A stretch of DNA of 64,000 nucleotides from Scenedesmus sp. PABB004 (taxonomy: Eukaryota), in NCBI GenBank assembly GCA_014905635.1, contig JABVCE010000008.1:186001-250000 (forward strand). Direction: 5' to 3'. Position 1 is the first letter of the stretch. Each line of letters begins with the position of its first letter. Shown one piece after another: positions 61,401-64,000 of the stretch. The position numbers were made by a program, and so were the translations under genes. Below the pieces are notes generated by a model. That model searched no databases and was not told the origin of the DNA. It worked only from the letters and a program-made list of their open reading frames with translations.

Positions 61401-64000
61401 TTAGCGCCCCCAGCCGCCGCCGCCGCCGCCGTAGGGCGAGACGGCGAGCGTGCCCATGACGGCGACGCGGTTGACGTAGTCTTGCTCGCGCAGCCCCGGC
61501 GCGCCCGCGTCGGCCGCCGCGACGGGCTTGCCGAGCACGACTTCAAAGCGGTAGCGCCCCGGCCCGAGCCGCCCCGCCCCGACCTCGCCGCGCCAGAACT
61601 GGCCGCTGGCCATCTCCGGGAGCTGCATGAGCGCCTTGGGCCCGCCCCAGGGCACGTGCGCGAGCTCGGCCGTGCGGCCGAGCAGGCGGCCGGACGCGGC
61701 GTCGTACGCCTCGATGTGCGCCGACGCCACGGGGCGGCTCAGGGGCAGCGCAAAGGTAATCGCGCCGAGCGCGAGCGTCGCGGCGTCGATGGGGACCTCG
61801 GCCCCCGGGCTCATCGCGCAGCCGCCGTCGACGAGCGAGCAGAGGTAGGCCGCGCCCGGCACGAGCACCGCGCCCTCGGGCACGTCGCGCCGCGGCGCCG
61901 CGACGGCGGGGAGGTCGCTGTAGGGCGCCGAAAGGCTCATGTAGGGCACGCTCAGCGCCGGCCACCACCACTCGGCGGCGGCGTCGCCCGCCGGCGCGGC
62001 CGCGGCCTCGACCTCTGCCTCGGCGCCCGCACCGGCATTGAGGCGGTCGGCGAAGGCCGGTGAGATGGGACTGAGGCGGAGGTAGCCGCTGTACACCAGT
62101 GGCGCAGCGCTCAGCGGTTCGGTGAGGGCCACCGACACGCGGAGCCGCTCCGTCGCGCCCGGCGCGAGCACGAGCGCGGCGACGTCGCGCGTGTCGGCGT
62201 TGTTGCGGAAGCCCACGCGCGCCGCCGCGCGCAGCGTGGCCTCCTGGCCGTACCACGCGCCCGCGGTCGACACCGCGAGCGCGGGGTCGTGTCCGAGGCG
62301 GTACGCCACGGGGCGGTCCCCCGTGTTGGTCAGCGACAGGCTCACGGTCGACGACCGGCCGGTCGGCAGCGGCAGGAACGCGGGCGCAACGGTCACGGGG
62401 TTGTCGATGGCGGATCTCACTTGGATGAGCCCTGCGGGGCGCGGCGCAAAGGGGGCGCGTTGGGGAGGGGCGCGCGCGGCGCGAGGCCGCAGCGGCGCCG
62501 CTGCGGCCGGCGAGAGCCGGTCAGAGAGCTAGCGGCCGCGCCGCGCGCCGCCGGGCCCGCCCCTCGGCCCCGCACCCGCGCCCGCCACCACGACGGGGTG
62601 CATCCAGCGCTCGTCGCCCTTGACCGCCACGGGCGCGGCGGTGGAGATGAAGGAAGCCTTGGCCGCGTCGAGCACGGCGCGGCCGCCGGCCAGGCCCCCG
62701 CGCCGCGCCTGCCGCCAGAGCGCGAGCGCGCCCGACGCGTACGGCGTGGCCCTGGCGGGCGCGCGGCGCGGGGCGCGCGGTGCGCGGCGCGCGGCGGTGA
62801 CGCAGCCGCGGCGCCGTGCTCTGCGCGCCGCCGCGCCCCCCGCATGCTTGCCCGCCCTCCTCCTACGCGCGCGCGCGCGCGCGGCTGTCCCCCTGCTCAC
62901 ATGCTGGTGCCCTGATAGAGCGCGAAGTTGCCGCCGGGGATGCTGGACAGGATGCCGCCGCCGGGCGCGGAGAAGGTGGGCAGCATCCTCAGGTCGGCGG
63001 TCGGGCCCCAGCTGCTGAACCACGACGGCGCGTCGGCGTTGGGGTTGCGGAAGCGCTTCGACGCGACGCGCGTCACGCGGATGCGCTCGCCGCGCTCGAG
63101 CGCGCGCGCGAGCGCGAGCCCCGTGTCCAGGTCGATGGCAAACTGGACGGCGCGGCGCGGCGGCGGCGTGCGCGTCGCTCGCCGGCCGGCGGCTGGTCGC
63201 ACGCGCGCCGCTCCCGCGCAGCCCGCTCCCGCGCGCCCGCCGCTCCCGCGCGCCGCGCCGCGGTGCGGTGCGCGCACCATCTGTGGCGCGGTGCGGCCGA
63301 CGCTCTCGTCGATGTTGAGCGCCTGCCTGAAGGCGGGAAAGGGCCGGTTGTCGTAGAACACCACGCCCACAGCGCCCGCGGCGAGCAGGAAGGACGCCTT
63401 GTCGCTCTCGCTGGGCGGTGGGCCGGGTGCGCGGGACGGGAGGGGGGGGGTGAGTGAGAGAGAGGGGCGCGCACCGGGCTGCGAGCGGCGGTGCCGCCCG
63501 CGCGCTGCGAGGCGCCGGCCGGCCAGCCCCTCGGCCAGGCCCCGGGCGGCCCCGCCGCCGCGCGCTCACGCGCAGTCGCCGCTCGGCACGAGCGCGATGC
63601 GCCCCGCCACCGACGCCGCCGACACCGGCGCGCACGCGCTGCGCGGGCTCGGCAGCGCGAGCGCGCTCGGCAGCGGCGGCAGGCGGTTGGCCATGAGGGC
63701 GCGCGCGGGGGCGTCGACCACGCTGGTGGCCTCGCCGCGCACGCGGATCGTCGAGTCGATGGTCAGCGCCGCGCCAAAGCTGAGGCTGTTGTCGGTCGAG
63801 CCCACGCTCACAGCGTCGGCCTCGGACGCGGGCGCACCGTACGACCAGAGCCCGTCGGCCCCCGAGTTGCCCGCGGCGGCGACGACGATCACGCCCTGCC
63901 TGCGGCGCGGCGGCGGCGGCGGAGCGCTCAGCGCGCCGCCCCCCGCGCCGGCTCTGGGGGGCGCTCTGCTGCCCGCACGCCCACGCCCACGCACCGCGCG
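61401..64000 (-). CDS. Subtilisin-like S8 serine protease with PA and Fn3-like domains (5' part lies outside the window)
   Basis: GVIVVAAAGNSG (oxyanion Asn), PA domain (GRIALVPSGDC), SWFSSWGP, APGGGILSS, YQGTSM|ATPYASGALAL (catalytic Ser), GAG|LIQV, then SLSLTNTGDRPVAYRLGH..YSGYL (fn3_5-like). Confidence 0.92.

Noticed and set aside
1..64000. Hundreds of long overlapping Arg/Ala/Pro/Gly-rich ORFs, e.g. 40517..43909 +, 52227..55925 +, 17905..21141 -
   Set aside because: Stop codons are scarce at this GC content. These are antisense or off-frame shadows of spliced genes with no recognisable motifs.

Overview
Eukaryotic nuclear DNA, extremely GC-rich (roughly 80% by eye) and gene-dense, with many short introns. 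It looks like a chlorophyte green alga, probably Sphaeropleales (inference). Most long six-frame ORFs are GC artefacts, so I spliced genes by hand. I reconstruct 18 intron-containing genes: ARP5, WDR6/TRM734, a DUF1818 protein, a bZIP factor, a Cnd1-like HEAT protein, AMT1, a plant-like cryptochrome, a GT61 glycosyltransferase, a secreted Cys-rich/Ig-like protein, a 3'-5' exonuclease-Ycf45 ATPase fusion, a CapA-family metallophosphoesterase, a large coiled-coil protein, a TOM2A-like tetraspanin, a prolyl 4-hydroxylase, a TraB-domain protein, an EF-hand membrane protein, a RIN2/gp78-like RING ligase and a partial subtilase. I see no RNA genes, CRISPR arrays or transposons. Three domain architectures stand out. 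(1) Two LOTUS/winged-helix-like repeats, an intact DEDDy exonuclease and a Ycf45 AAA ATPase in one protein. (2) A cryptochrome with a ZNF598/Hel2-type PAH-like N-terminal module. (3) A TraB protein with an Omp85/Toc75-type POTRA-like insert. At least 15 introns appear to use GC-AG boundaries. Family calls come from motif recognition, not database searches, and internal exon boundaries are approximate.
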